DNA of 64,000 nucleotides. It comes from Rhodanobacteraceae bacterium (GTDB lineage: Bacteria > Pseudomonadota > Gammaproteobacteria > Xanthomonadales > SZUA-5). This document shows positions 47,427 through 57,603 of this stretch, piece by piece. The translations under genes were made by a program, and so were the position numbers. A model generated the notes under the pieces. It ran no database searches. It saw only the letters and a list, made by a program, of their open reading frames with translations, and was not told the DNA's origin. The stretch spans positions 2,234 through 66,233 of the forward strand of contig JANPJV010000185.1 of assembly GCA_031425695.1 (NCBI GenBank), written 5' to 3'. The stretch's first letter is position 1, and every line of letters begins with the position of its first letter.

Positions 47427-49130
47427 ATGGACAGTGCCAATATCGCGTCTGCCCTGACGCGCATGGCGCGCGAGCGGCCGCACCAGATTGCGATCTTCGT
47501 GCCCTGCGGCAGTGATGCAGCGGGCCGCCCCGCGCACACCCACCTCACTTACGCGCAGCTCGACGAAGAGTCGGACGCGATCGCCTGCAGTCTCGAGCGC
47601 AATGGCATCGGCCGCGGTGTGCGCACCGTACTGATGGTGCGACCGAGCCTGGAACTGTTCGTGCTGATGTATGCGTTGTTCAAGGCCGGGGCGGTGCCGA
47701 TCCTGGTCGATCCCGGGATTTCGCGGGCGGCGCTTAAACAGTGCCTTGCCGAAGCCGAGCCGGTCGCTTTCATCGGCATCCCGCTCGCGCATGCCGCGCG
47801 TATCGCGCTCGGCTGGGGACGACGCACGGTCAAGATCCTGGTCACCGTCGGCCCGCGGCTGGCGTGGGGTGGACACAGCTACGCCGAGCTCCTGAAGCGC
47901 GGGCGCGAAGGCAGCGATGCGCGGCGGCGGTGTCCGCCGGTGCTCGCCGATATCCGCGAGGATGATCCGGCGGCGATCCTGTTCACCTCCGGCTCGACCG
48001 GAGTACCCAAGGGTGTGGTCTACCAGCACCGCCATTTCATGGCGCAGGTCGAGCTGCTGCGGACGGCGTTCGACATCGAGCCCGGCGAGATCAGCCTGCC
48101 GACGTTTCCGCCCTTTGCCTTGTTCGACCCGGCGCTCGGCATGACCACGGTAATCCCGGAAATGGATCCCACCCGCCCGGCGATGGCCGACCCGGCCAAG
48201 CTGATCCAGAACATCGTCGACTTTGGCGTCACCAACCTGTTCGCGTCGCCGGCGCTGGTCAATACACTTTCGCGCTGGGGGGCGCCGCGCGGCGTCAAGC
48301 TGCCGACGCTCAAGCGCGTGATCTCGGCCGGCGCGCCGGTGCCGGTTGCCGTGGTCGAGCGCATGCGCAAGCTACTGCCCGACGGCGCCACGCTGTGGAC
48401 GCCCTATGGCGCTACCGAATGCCTGCCGGTCGCGGTGGTCGAGGGCCGCGAGCTCACCGAGTTTGCGCGCCTGCGCACCGAGCACGGTGCCGGCACGCTG
48501 GTCGGGCGCGTGGTGCCGCCGAACCTGGTGCGCATCATTCGCATCAGCGACGAGCCGGTCCCGGTGTGGCAGGACGACCTGGAAGTCGCCACCGGCAGCG
48601 TCGGCGAGATCACGGTGACCGGACCGACCACGACCGAGCGCTATTTCAACCGTCCGCAGGCGGACATCCTCGGCAAGATCCGCGACGGCAATCGCATCGT
48701 CCATCGCATGGGTGACCTCGGCTATTTCGACGAAACCGGGCGCCTGTGGATGTGTGGCCGCAAGAGCCAGCGCGTCGAGACCACCCAGGGCCCGCTGTTT
48801 ACCGAGCAGGTCGAGCCGATCTTCAATACCCACCCGCTCGTGTTCCGCAGCGCGCTGGTCGGGGTCGGCCCGCGCGGCGCCGAGCGGCCGGTGGTGATCG
48901 CCGAGCTCGAGCCGGACGTCGGCCGTGAAGAACAGCCGCGCATCCGCGAAGAGCTGCTGGCCCTCGCCCAGCGCAACGCGCACACCCGCAGCATTGCCGA
49001 GGTGCTGTTCTACCCTCGCTTCCCGGTGGATATCCGCCACAACGCCAAGATCGGACGGGAATTCCTGAAGCACTGGGCACAGGGACGGGTGAGCGGCGAA
49101 GCGGTGGTCGTGGGGAAGGATCGGGTATGA
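47427..49130 (+). CDS. oleC: Olefin beta-lactone synthetase (AMP-dependent ligase family)
   Basis: FTSGSTGVPKGV, LPTFPPFALFDPALG, PYGATECLPV, HRMGDLG, FPVDIRHNAKIGRE; adjacent to oleD. Confidence 0.88.
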   Translation: MDSANIASALTRMARERPHQIAIFVPCGSDAAGRPAHTHLTYAQLDEESDAIACSLERNGIGRGVRTVLMVRPSLELFVLMYALFKAGAVPILVDPGISRAALKQCLAEAEPVAFIGIPLAHAARIALGWGRRTVKILVTVGPRLAWGGHSYAELLKRGREGSDARRRCPPVLADIREDDPAAILFTSGSTGVPKGVVYQHRHFMAQVELLRTAFDIEPGEISLPTFPPFALFDPALGMTTVIPEMDPTRPAMADPAKLIQNIVDFGVTNLFASPALVNTLSRWGAPRGVKLPTLKRVISAGAPVPVAVVERMRKLLPDGATLWTPYGATECLPVAVVEGRELTEFARLRTEHGAGTLVGRVVPPNLVRIIRISDEPVPVWQDDLEVATGSVGEITVTGPTTTERYFNRPQADILGKIRDGNRIVHRMGDLGYFDETGRLWMCGRKSQRVETTQGPLFTEQVEPIFNTHPLVFRSALVGVGPRGAERPVVIAELEPDVGREEQPRIREELLALAQRNAHTRSIAEVLFYPRFPVDIRHNAKIGREFLKHWAQGRVSGEAVVVGKDRV

Positions 49131-49150
49131 GGGCGGGAGTGGGCTTGGAA

Positions 49151-49241
49151 GTAGGCCATGTTGCTCGCGCAGCGAGCTACTTGACTTGGCTCTGCCAGCA
49201 CCGGTGTCAAGTAGTCCGCTGGCGCGGACAACATGACCTAC
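49151..49241. repeat. REP doublet, family B
   Basis: gtaggccatgttgctcgcgcagcgagctacttgac ... gtcaagtagtccgctggcgcggacaacatgacctac. Confidence 0.88.
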
Positions 49242-49254
49242 AGAAGCCCCGACA

Positions 49255-50259
49255 ATGCGGGCTCTAGTCACCGGCGGCGGCGGCTTTCTCGGCGGCGCCA
49301 TTGCGCGGGAGCTCGCGGCCCAGGGCCACGCCGTCGTCAGCCTGCAGCGCTCCGCGGTGCCCGCGCTCGTCGCCCTCGGGGTGACCTGCGTGCGCGGTGA
49401 TATCGCCGATGCCGACACCGTCGCGCGTGCCGCGCGCGGCTGCGACGTGGTCTTCCATGTCGCCGCCAAGGCCGGGTCGTGGGGTTCGTACGAATCCTAT
49501 TTCAACGCCAATGTGCTCGGCACCCGCAACGTGCTCGCTGCCTGTCGCGCGCACGCCATCGGACGCCTGGTGCACACATCGACGCCGAGCGTCGTCCACC
49601 GTGGCGGCGATCTCGAAGGCGTCGACGAATCGACGCCATACGCCGAGCATTTCCTCGCCCACTATCCGGCGACCAAGTTGATCGCCGAGCGCGAGGTGCT
49701 CGGCGCAAATGGCCCCGAGCTCGCGACCGTGGCCCTGCGCCCGCACCTGATCTGGGGGCCGGGCGATCAACATCTGCTGCCGCGGATCCTCGACCGCGCG
49801 CGGCGCGGCCGCCTGCGCTTCATCGGCGTACCCGGCAAGCGCATCGACGCGACCTATATCGACAACGCCGCCGCCGCCCACCTCAACGCGGCCGCCACCC
49901 TGGCACCCGGCAGCGCGCACGCCGGCAAGCCCTATTTCATCTCCAATGGCGAGCCGCTCGCTGTCGAGGACATGATCAACCGCCTGCTCGCCTGCGCCGA
50001 CCTGCCGGCCACCCACAAGCGCGTGCCGTTGCGCGTGGCCTACGCCATCGGCGGGTTGCTCGAAGGCGTCTACCGCGCGCTCCGCCTGCACGGCGAGCCC
50101 ATCCTCACCCGCTTCGTCGCCGAGCAACTCGGGACCGCGCACTGGTTCGACATTCGCGCCGCGCAGCGTGATTTTGGCTATGTGCCGAAGGTGACGATGG
50201 AGGAGGGGTTTGCAAGATTGCGGGCGCACCTAGCGGATGAGACGAGGTCGCTCTTGTAG
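49255..50259 (+). CDS. oleD: 2-alkyl-3-oxoalkanoate reductase (3-beta-HSD-like SDR)
   Basis: LVTGGGGFLG, FHVAAKAG.WG, TSTPSV, YPATK, LRPHLIWGPGD, YIDNAA.AH. Confidence 0.88.
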   Translation: MRALVTGGGGFLGGAIARELAAQGHAVVSLQRSAVPALVALGVTCVRGDIADADTVARAARGCDVVFHVAAKAGSWGSYESYFNANVLGTRNVLAACRAHAIGRLVHTSTPSVVHRGGDLEGVDESTPYAEHFLAHYPATKLIAEREVLGANGPELATVALRPHLIWGPGDQHLLPRILDRARRGRLRFIGVPGKRIDATYIDNAAAAHLNAAATLAPGSAHAGKPYFISNGEPLAVEDMINRLLACADLPATHKRVPLRVAYAIGGLLEGVYRALRLHGEPILTRFVAEQLGTAHWFDIRAAQRDFGYVPKVTMEEGFARLRAHLADETRSLL

Positions 50260-50346
50260 GTCATGTTGCTCGCGTAGCGAGCTACTTGACGGCGGAAACA
50301 GAGCAAGTGCGTCAAGTAGCCCGCTGGCGCGGGCAACATGACCTAC
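50256..50346. repeat. REP doublet, family B
   Basis: gtaggtcatgttgctcgcgtagcgagctacttgac ... gtcaagtagcccgctggcgcgggcaacatgacctac. Confidence 0.88.
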
Positions 50347-50367
50347 AAGTCCACCGCTTCCACCGCG

Positions 50368-51573
50368 TCACCCAGCCCCACGCTCCAATTCCATCCGCGC
50401 CACCGTCAGGATCTGCACCTCGTCCGGGCTGTCGGCGAAGCGCATGGCGCGGGCGTGGGCGTAGGCGCGGGCGAGGAAGCTGTCCTCGCTCAAGCCCTCG
50501 GCGCCATGCATCTGCAGCGCACGGTCGATCACGGTGCAGGCCATCCGCGGCACCGCGACCTTGATCATCGCCAGGCGCTCGCGGGCGCCGCGCAGCCCAA
50601 GCTTGTCGAGTGCCCAGGCCGCGGACAAAGTCAGCAGGCGTGCGCTCTCCAGCTCGCAGCGGCTGAGCGCGATCGCTTCCTGCGCCATGCCGTGGCGCGC
50701 CAGCGGCTGGCCGAAGACTACGCGCGTCTGCGCGCGTGCGACCATCGCCTTGAGCGCGCGCTCGGCCAAGCCGATCAAGCGCATGCACTGGTGCACACGT
50801 CCCGGCACGACGCGCGCCTGCGCGATCTCCAGGCCCTTGCCTTCGCCGAACAGCAGGTTGCCGATGGGCACCCGGGCGTTCTCGAACGCCACCTCGGCAT
50901 GGCCGAGCGGCGCGTCGTCATACCCGAAGCTCGTCAAGGCACGGACAATGCGCACCCCAGGCGCGTCGCGCGGCACGATCAGCATCGACTGGCGCACGAA
51001 GGGCTTGGCTTCGGGATCGGTTTCGCCAAGGACCAGGAAGAATTTGCAGCGCGGATCCATGGCGCCCGCGATCCACCACTTGCGCCCGGCGATCGAGTAG
51101 CTGTCGCCATCCCGCAGGATCCGGCATTGGACATTGGTGGGATCGGCGCTGGCGAGCTCTGGCTCGCTCATGGCGAAGGCCGAGCGGATCTCGCCGGCGA
51201 GCAGCGGATCCAGCCACTGGCGCTTCTGGAATTCATTGCCGTAGAGCAGCAGCGACTCCATGTTGCCGGTGTCGGGCGCGGAGCAGTTGCAGACCTCCGC
51301 GGCGATCGGCGAGTGCCCCATGAGCTCGGCGAGATGGGCGTAGTCGAGGTGGCTCAGGCCAGCTCCGAAGCGCGTATCGGGCAGGAACAGATTCCACAGG
51401 CCCGCCGCGCGCGCCTTGCGCTTCATCTCCTCCATGACCGGCGGCGGCGTCCAGCGCTGGCCAGGCTCGGCGATGAACGCGAAAAACTCGCGCTCACCCG
51501 GCTCAACCGTCTCCTGGATGAAGGCCTGCAGGCGTTCGCGCATTTCCTTGGCGCGCGATGACAGTTCGAACAT
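50368..51573 (-). CDS. Acyl-CoA dehydrogenase
   Basis: GLWNLFLP, NCSAPDTGNME, SAFAMSEP, GRKWW, GRVHQCMR.IG, RFADSPDEV. Confidence 0.94.
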   Translation of the reverse strand: MFELSSRAKEMRERLQAFIQETVEPGEREFFAFIAEPGQRWTPPPVMEEMKRKARAAGLWNLFLPDTRFGAGLSHLDYAHLAELMGHSPIAAEVCNCSAPDTGNMESLLLYGNEFQKRQWLDPLLAGEIRSAFAMSEPELASADPTNVQCRILRDGDSYSIAGRKWWIAGAMDPRCKFFLVLGETDPEAKPFVRQSMLIVPRDAPGVRIVRALTSFGYDDAPLGHAEVAFENARVPIGNLLFGEGKGLEIAQARVVPGRVHQCMRLIGLAERALKAMVARAQTRVVFGQPLARHGMAQEAIALSRCELESARLLTLSAAWALDKLGLRGARERLAMIKVAVPRMACTVIDRALQMHGAEGLSEDSFLARAYAHARAMRFADSPDEVQILTVARMELERGAG

Positions 51574-51767
51574 GTGCAGCTCCTCGTCGAGCTCGCAGCC
51601 TACGGCTTGCGGAGCGCCGGCGAGTGTCAACAACATTGCGCGCAGCGCAGGCCATTCAGCTACAGCAACCAACCGCAACTGCGCTGTACAGGCTTACGAC
51701 CCATTCCGTGCGTGTCGGGCGCGCGTTATCGTCAACGGCTTGGCTCAACCTTCGTCTGGGGTTCTTC

Positions 51768-54700
51768 ATGCGTGCAAAGCTGCTCTCGGTTTTCATCTTC
51801 GCCTGCATGCCGGCGCTGGCACAGGCCGCGAAATCCGACGTGGGGCGCACCGCCGCCGACCCCCGCTGGGAGAGTTGGAAGGCGCACCAGCAGCTGGAGG
51901 CCTCGAGCTGGTTCGGTGGCCTCGAGTGGCGCTCGATCGGTCCGACCGTGCAGGGCGGCCGGGTCATCGACATCGAAGTGCATCCATCCCGGCCATACAC
52001 GTTCTACGTCGCCTATGCCTCGGGCGGGCTCTGGAAGACCGAGAACAACGGCGTCACCTTCAAGCCCTTGTCGGACGCCCTGCCGACCATGATCGCGGGT
52101 GATATCGCACTCGACCCGACTGCGCCGGAAACGCTCTGGCTCGGCACCGGTGAGCCGAACGCCTCGCGTTCGTCGTACGCTGGGCTGGGAATGTTCGTCA
52201 GCCGCGACGGTGGCGGCAGTTTCGAGCCCGCCGGTCTCGACGGGGCCGATCGCATTGCGCGCGTGCTGGTCGATCCGCGCCAGGGCGAACGCGTCTTCGT
52301 CGCCGTGCAGGGACCGCTGTACACACCAGGTGGCATGCGCGGCGTCTACCGTACCGAAGACGCCGGCAAATCCTGGAAGAACGTGCTCCCGGGCGGCGAT
52401 GACTGGACCGGCGCCACCGACCTCGTGTTCGATCCCAAGAATCCGGACGTGATCTACGCCGCGCTCTGGGAGCGCTCGCGCCGACCCTGGAATTTCGTCG
52501 AAGGCGGCAGCGGCAGCGCGGTCTACAAGAGCACCGATGGCGGTGACAGCTGGCAGCGGCTCAGCAGCTTTCCCAACAGCAAGTACATCGGACGCATCGG
52601 CCTCGCCATCTCGCCCGCGAATCCTGAGCGCATCTACGCCAGCATCGACAACCAGCAGCCGCTGCCTGCGGACGCCATCGACCTCGGTGACAGCCCGCTA
52701 TCGAGCGCGCGCCTGCGCACCATGGGCCGGCAAGAATTTCTGCGGCAGGATCCAGTCGAGGTCGAGCAATTCGTGCGCGACAACGACTTCGACCCGAGCG
52801 TCGATGCGAAGCTGCTGATCGCGCAGGTGCGCAGCGGCGAACTCACCATGGATGCACTGCGGCGCAAGCTGGCCGACGGCAATGCCGCACTGTTCGATGC
52901 CGACGTCACCGGGCTCGAGATCTGGCGCTCGGATGATGCCGGGGTGAGCTGGGCCAAGGCCAACCGCGAGCCGATCCGCGATTTCACTTACACCTTCGGC
53001 TACTACTTCGGCCAGATCCGCGTGGCCCCCGACAACGCCGACCGCGTCTACGTGCTCGGCGTGCCGACTGCGATCAGCAACGACGCCGGCGCCACCTGGA
53101 GCGGCAGCATCAACGCGCGTGATGTGCACGTCGACCACCACGCATGGACCTTCGATCCGGCCAACCCGCAGCGCATCTTCAACGGCAATGACGGCGGCAT
53201 CGACATCAGCTACGACGGCGGCACGAGCTGGCTCAAGCTCGACTCGCAGTCGGTCGGCCAGAGCTACACGATCGCCGTCGACATGGCCGAACCGTACAAC
53301 GTCTACACCGGGCTCCAGGACAACGGCACCTGGAAGGGCTCGAGCACGCTCGACCCGAGCAAGCCGGACGGCTTCTGGGACTCGGGTGACGGCTGGACCT
53401 TCGTCAATGGTGGCGACGGCATGCAGATCGCGGTCGACCCGCGCGATGCGGACGTCGTCTACACCGGCTACCAGTTTGGCTGGTACCGCCGCGTCGGTCC
53501 CGACGGTGGCGATACCCGTCCGCGTCCCGGGCTCACCGATCCGGCGCTGCGCTACAACTGGAACACGCCGATCCAGCTGTCCTCGCACAATCCGGACATC
53601 CTCTACTTCGGCGCCAACAAACTGTTCCGCTCGATGGATCGTGGCGAGACCTGGAATGCGATCTCCGGTGACCTGACGCGCAGCAAGGAGCGCGGCGACG
53701 TGCCCTTCGCGACGCTGACTTCGATCAGCGAATCCGAACGCGAATTCGGCCTCATCTGGGTGGGCACCGACGACGGCCTCGTGTGGGTCAGCGAAGATGG
53801 TGGCGATGACTGGCGCGAGGCCACCCGCGGCATCGAAAAGGATCGTTGGGTCAGTCGCGTGGTCGCCTCCAGCCACGTCCGCCCGCGCGCCTATCTCGCG
53901 CAGAACGGTTATCGCGACGACGACATGCAGGCTTATGTCTTCGTCACCGAAGATCTCGGCAAGAGCTGGCGCTCGATCAGCGCGAACCTGCCGGACGAGC
54001 CGGTCAACGTGGTGCGCGAGGATCCGGTCAACGCGGACCTGCTGTATGTCGGAACCGACCGCGGCGTCTACGTATCGATCGACCGCGGCCAGAGCTGGCA
54101 GGCGCTGCAGCAGGGCCTGCCGAACGTGCCGGTGCATGACCTGGTGGTCCATCCGCGCGATCGTGAGCTGGTCGCCGGCACCCATGGCCGCAGCGTCTGG
54201 ATCATCGACGCACTGCCGTTGCAGGACCTGACCCGCGAGGTGCGCGCCAAGGCGGCGCATCTCTTCCACGTCGCCGAGGTCGATTACTCACGCGGCTGGC
54301 GCGGTCGTACCAATCGCTGGTTCGCGCATGCCGAAGATCTGCCGTCGCACAAGCTCAGTTTCTGGTCCGCCGCGGCCGGCAAGGGCACGCTCGAAGTGCT
54401 GGATGCGGATCGCCGCCCGGTGCGCAAGCTTGACGTCGACGCGCGCCACGGCATCAACACGCTGAAGTGGGACCTGGTGGTCGATCCCGACCAGGGCGTC
54501 GCCGCCGAGGCCGCCCGCGTCGCCAAGGCGCGCGCGGACGCGAAGGGCAAGGACCAGGGCGGCAAGAATGCCGACGACAAAGCCGGCGCCGACGAAGGCA
54601 TCCTCGGCCGCACCCCGCTCGCCGAGTCCAAACGCCTCGGCCACCCGCTCTACATCACCCCGGGCGAATACACCCTCGTGCTCGAAATCGACGGCACCCG

Positions 54701-54785
54701 CTCCGAATCCCCGCTCAAGGTCAACCCGCCGAAGGACTTCGAGCCGCGCAGCAAGCCCAAGTTCAAGCTGCGTGGGCGGAAGTAG
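51768..54785 (+). CDS. Secreted VPS10/BNR-repeat glycosyl hydrolase-like protein
   Basis: Signal peptide; WRSIGP...GGRV.D; many S.D.G.(S/T)W Asp-boxes; VHVDHHA, GLQDNG, RYNWNTP, GTHGRS.W. Confidence 0.9.
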   Translation: MRAKLLSVFIFACMPALAQAAKSDVGRTAADPRWESWKAHQQLEASSWFGGLEWRSIGPTVQGGRVIDIEVHPSRPYTFYVAYASGGLWKTENNGVTFKPLSDALPTMIAGDIALDPTAPETLWLGTGEPNASRSSYAGLGMFVSRDGGGSFEPAGLDGADRIARVLVDPRQGERVFVAVQGPLYTPGGMRGVYRTEDAGKSWKNVLPGGDDWTGATDLVFDPKNPDVIYAALWERSRRPWNFVEGGSGSAVYKSTDGGDSWQRLSSFPNSKYIGRIGLAISPANPERIYASIDNQQPLPADAIDLGDSPLSSARLRTMGRQEFLRQDPVEVEQFVRDNDFDPSVDAKLLIAQVRSGELTMDALRRKLADGNAALFDADVTGLEIWRSDDAGVSWAKANREPIRDFTYTFGYYFGQIRVAPDNADRVYVLGVPTAISNDAGATWSGSINARDVHVDHHAWTFDPANPQRIFNGNDGGIDISYDGGTSWLKLDSQSVGQSYTIAVDMAEPYNVYTGLQDNGTWKGSSTLDPSKPDGFWDSGDGWTFVNGGDGMQIAVDPRDADVVYTGYQFGWYRRVGPDGGDTRPRPGLTDPALRYNWNTPIQLSSHNPDILYFGANKLFRSMDRGETWNAISGDLTRSKERGDVPFATLTSISESEREFGLIWVGTDDGLVWVSEDGGDDWREATRGIEKDRWVSRVVASSHVRPRAYLAQNGYRDDDMQAYVFVTEDLGKSWRSISANLPDEPVNVVREDPVNADLLYVGTDRGVYVSIDRGQSWQALQQGLPNVPVHDLVVHPRDRELVAGTHGRSVWIIDALPLQDLTREVRAKAAHLFHVAEVDYSRGWRGRTNRWFAHAEDLPSHKLSFWSAAAGKGTLEVLDADRRPVRKLDVDARHGINTLKWDLVVDPDQGVAAEAARVAKARADAKGKDQGGKNADDKAGADEGILGRTPLAESKRLGHPLYITPGEYTLVLEIDGTRSESPLKVNPPKDFEPRSKPKFKLRGRK

Positions 54786-54793
54786 GGATCGTG

Positions 54794-54918
54794 ACTGATC
54801 CCCTCTCCCATGCTTTTGGGGAGAGGGGGTAGGGGAGAGGGTGCTTTCGCTTTTTCAGCACATTAGAGCGCCCTCTCCCCCGGCCCCTCTCCCCAAAAGC
54901 ATGGGAGAGGGGAGCAGT
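54794..54918. repeat. Long inverted repeat of CCCTCTCCC/GGGAGAGGG type
   Basis: cccctctcccatgcttttggggagagggggtaggggagaggg ... ccctctcccccggcccctctccccaaaagcatgggagagggg. Confidence 0.88.
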
Positions 54919-55685
54919 TACCCTCGCCCAAACTCCACGATCGCCTCCGCCACCTGCTCCGGCTGGCTCAAGAACGGCGCATGCCCCGCGCGTTCGAGCC
55001 TGAGCAGTTTCCCGCCGGGCGCCATCGCCGCCGCCGCTGCCATCGCTGCAGCGGGAATGAGCCGGTCGCGTCGGCCGGAGATCCACAGGCTCGGCGGCAC
55101 CAGCTGCGGCAGGCGCGCACGCAGGTCGCTGGTTTCGAGCAAGCTCAGCCCGTCGACCAGCGCACGCTGCGCGCAGGGTGGGCGTGCGGCGAGTTGTTCG
55201 CGCAGCCAGCGCAGCTCGCGGCGCGCGTGCTCGTCGCCGTTGACCTCGAGCAACAGGAAGCGGTCGATGGTGGCGCCGTAGTCCCGTTCGAGCTCCGCGC
55301 CGAACTGCGTAAAGACGGCAGCATCGACGGCATGCGGCCAGTCCGGAGCGCGCACGAAACGCGGCGAGCTCGCGATCTCGATCAAGCCGAGGATCCGCTG
55401 CGGCGCACGCAGCGCTGCCTCCAGCGCAACCAACCCACCCAGCGACCAGCCCAGCCAGAACGCATCCGGCACGCGCGCGAGCAGTGCATCAGCGACGCCT
55501 TCGCGCTCCAAGGACAGCGACGCGCCACTGCGGCCGTGTCCCGGCAGGTCGACCAGCCAGCACTCGAAGTGCCGGGCCAGCTCGCCCACCAGCGGCTCGA
55601 ACACGCCACTGTGCATTGCCCAGCCATGCAGCAGCACCAGTGGCGGTCCGCGACCGCGGGTTTCGATGTGGAGATCGTCAGTCAT
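54918..55685 (-). CDS. bioH: Pimeloyl-ACP methyl ester esterase
   Basis: LVLLHGWAMHSGVF, DLPGHG, GWSLGG, ASSPRF, GHAPFLS. Confidence 0.92.
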   Translation of the reverse strand: MTDDLHIETRGRGPPLVLLHGWAMHSGVFEPLVGELARHFECWLVDLPGHGRSGASLSLEREGVADALLARVPDAFWLGWSLGGLVALEAALRAPQRILGLIEIASSPRFVRAPDWPHAVDAAVFTQFGAELERDYGATIDRFLLLEVNGDEHARRELRWLREQLAARPPCAQRALVDGLSLLETSDLRARLPQLVPPSLWISGRRDRLIPAAAMAAAAAMAPGGKLLRLERAGHAPFLSQPEQVAEAIVEFGRG

Positions 55686-55728
55686 CGAGGATTCGTCGCC
55701 GTAGGTGCCACGGGGTCGCGCGCTCTAC

Positions 55729-55871
55729 GTAGGTCAGGTTGCGCCCGCGCCTCTTGGAGGGAGCGATAATGGCTGTCGGGCGCTACGTGACACGGGTCGC
55801 GAGGCGCTGTCACGTAGCGCCCGATCACCGGGTCGCTTCCGGCGCGCTCCACGCGGCGCAACGTGACCAAC
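55729..55871. repeat. Nested palindromic element (family B-like outer arms, inner hairpin)
   Basis: gtaggtcaggttgcgcc ... ggcgcaacgtgaccaac; inner tcgggcgctacgtgaca ... tgtcacgtagcgcccga. Confidence 0.7.
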
Positions 55872-55891
55872 GTCCAAGCTGCGCATCCCCT

Positions 55892-57595
55892 TCAATGCCA
55901 CGCCACCCGATGCCGTTCCCACGCGTCCGGCGGATGCGGCAGGCAGGTCTCGCGCAGCGCGCCCGCATCGGCGAGGTACCAGCTGCGGCGGTTGGCCGCG
56001 CCAACGGGTCGTGCGCGCTCGGGTACGAAGCAGGCGCTGAGGTTCATCTGCTGCATCAGCACCTGCCGTCCCGGCGTTTCGCGCAGCCAGGCCACCGCGG
56101 CCAGCTCCTGCTCGGCACGCGGTCGCAGGAAGCCGAAGGTGGTCGCGGGGCGATCGGCCATCAGCAGGTTCTGTTCCTTCCAGCTCAGCAGGGCCAGCTC
56201 AGCGTCCGGCCCCATCATCGCGCCCGCTTGTTGCATGACTGCGCGCGCGGAGCGCTCGTCGGTAATCAGCGGATAGAGGCCGAAGCCGGCCAGGATCCAG
56301 AACGCGGCGAGGGTGGTGGCCAGTGCCTGGGCACCACGCTGCGGCCGCCATCCGGCGCAGGCCGCGAGGCCAATCCCGCCGATTGCCAACAGCACTTGCC
56401 ACGCCGGCGCGCTCGCCATCTCCTGCAGGCGCATGGCCTGTTTGCCGGATCCCACCAGCGCAAGCCCAGCCGCGCTGAGCAATGCCAGCGCGAACACCGC
56501 CGCGAACGCGAACAGGCTCCATTGCACCGCGCGCCGCCGCAGCAGCGCCGGCAGGATCGGCGCGAGTGCCAGGATCAGCATCGGCAGCGCCGGCAGGATG
56601 TAGACGCCGCGCTTTCCCGAGGAAAACGAGAAAAACACGATGAGTGCGAACGCGTATGACAAGGGCAGCAGCACGCGTGCCGGCCGGCGTCCGCGCTTCC
56701 AGCGCCGCCACCAGGCGGGGGCGGACCAGATGAGTGCCAGGCTGGTTGGCAGCCACAGGGTGAGCACGACTTCGAGGAAGTACCAGAACGGCTTCTGGTG
56801 GTGACCGGCGCCGATGAAGCGTTGCGCGGTCTGGCCGAGCAGGATGTCGCGCGCATAGGCAGCGAGCGCCGGATCGCCTGAGCGCCAGACCGTCACCAGC
56901 ATGGGCAGGAGCCAGATCGACACAGCCAGCAGGAAGACGCAGATCGCGAGCGCGGCGCGGCGCGAATCCGCCCGCGCCAGGGTCAACCCCTGCCAGCGCA
57001 AACGCCTTCCGAGCAGCGCCAGCGGCAGCAACAGCAGCGCCAGGAAGGCCACCCCCTTGGTGACGGTACCGAGGCCGGCTGCGAAACAGCCGAGCAGCAG
57101 CCAGCGCCGATTCGGGCCGAGCAGCAGGTGCCGCAGCAATCCATACGCTGCCAGGGTCATCATCCCGACCAGCACGCCATCGATCTGCGCGGCGCGTACC
57201 TGGATCGTGAACTGCAGCGTAAACAGCAGGCTCGCGGCAGCGATCCAGGCGACGCGCCGCCCGTGCAGACGGCGCGCGAGGTCGTAGAGCAGGGCCAGGC
57301 TGAGCAAGCCGGACAGGAGGCCCGGCAGCAAGAACGCAATCCGCCATGATCCGGTCAGCTGATACGCCGCCGCCTGCATCCACATGAACAACGGTGGCTT
57401 GTCTGAGTAGAGCTCATCGCCACGCTGCGGAAACAGCCAGTTGCCGCTTTCGACCATGGTGCGGGCGACCAGCGCAAAGCGCGGCTCGTCAGCGGGCCAG
57501 GGATCGCGCAGGCCAATCCCCGCGCCGATCACCAACACGCCCAAGCCGAGCAGCAGCCACCAGAGGTGACGCTGCTGCCGGGCCCAGGCGGTCAC
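55892..57595 (-). CDS. ArnT/GT-C family glycosyltransferase
   Basis: RDPWPADEPRFA.VAR.M, DKPPLF.W, AQIDG, TKG, HHQKPFWYF, GKRGVYILP. Confidence 0.92.
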   Translation of the reverse strand: MTAWARQQRHLWWLLLGLGVLVIGAGIGLRDPWPADEPRFALVARTMVESGNWLFPQRGDELYSDKPPLFMWMQAAAYQLTGSWRIAFLLPGLLSGLLSLALLYDLARRLHGRRVAWIAAASLLFTLQFTIQVRAAQIDGVLVGMMTLAAYGLLRHLLLGPNRRWLLLGCFAAGLGTVTKGVAFLALLLLPLALLGRRLRWQGLTLARADSRRAALAICVFLLAVSIWLLPMLVTVWRSGDPALAAYARDILLGQTAQRFIGAGHHQKPFWYFLEVVLTLWLPTSLALIWSAPAWWRRWKRGRRPARVLLPLSYAFALIVFFSFSSGKRGVYILPALPMLILALAPILPALLRRRAVQWSLFAFAAVFALALLSAAGLALVGSGKQAMRLQEMASAPAWQVLLAIGGIGLAACAGWRPQRGAQALATTLAAFWILAGFGLYPLITDERSARAVMQQAGAMMGPDAELALLSWKEQNLLMADRPATTFGFLRPRAEQELAAVAWLRETPGRQVLMQQMNLSACFVPERARPVGAANRRSWYLADAGALRETCLPHPPDAWERHRVAWH

Positions 57596-57603
57596 TACTT
57601 AAT

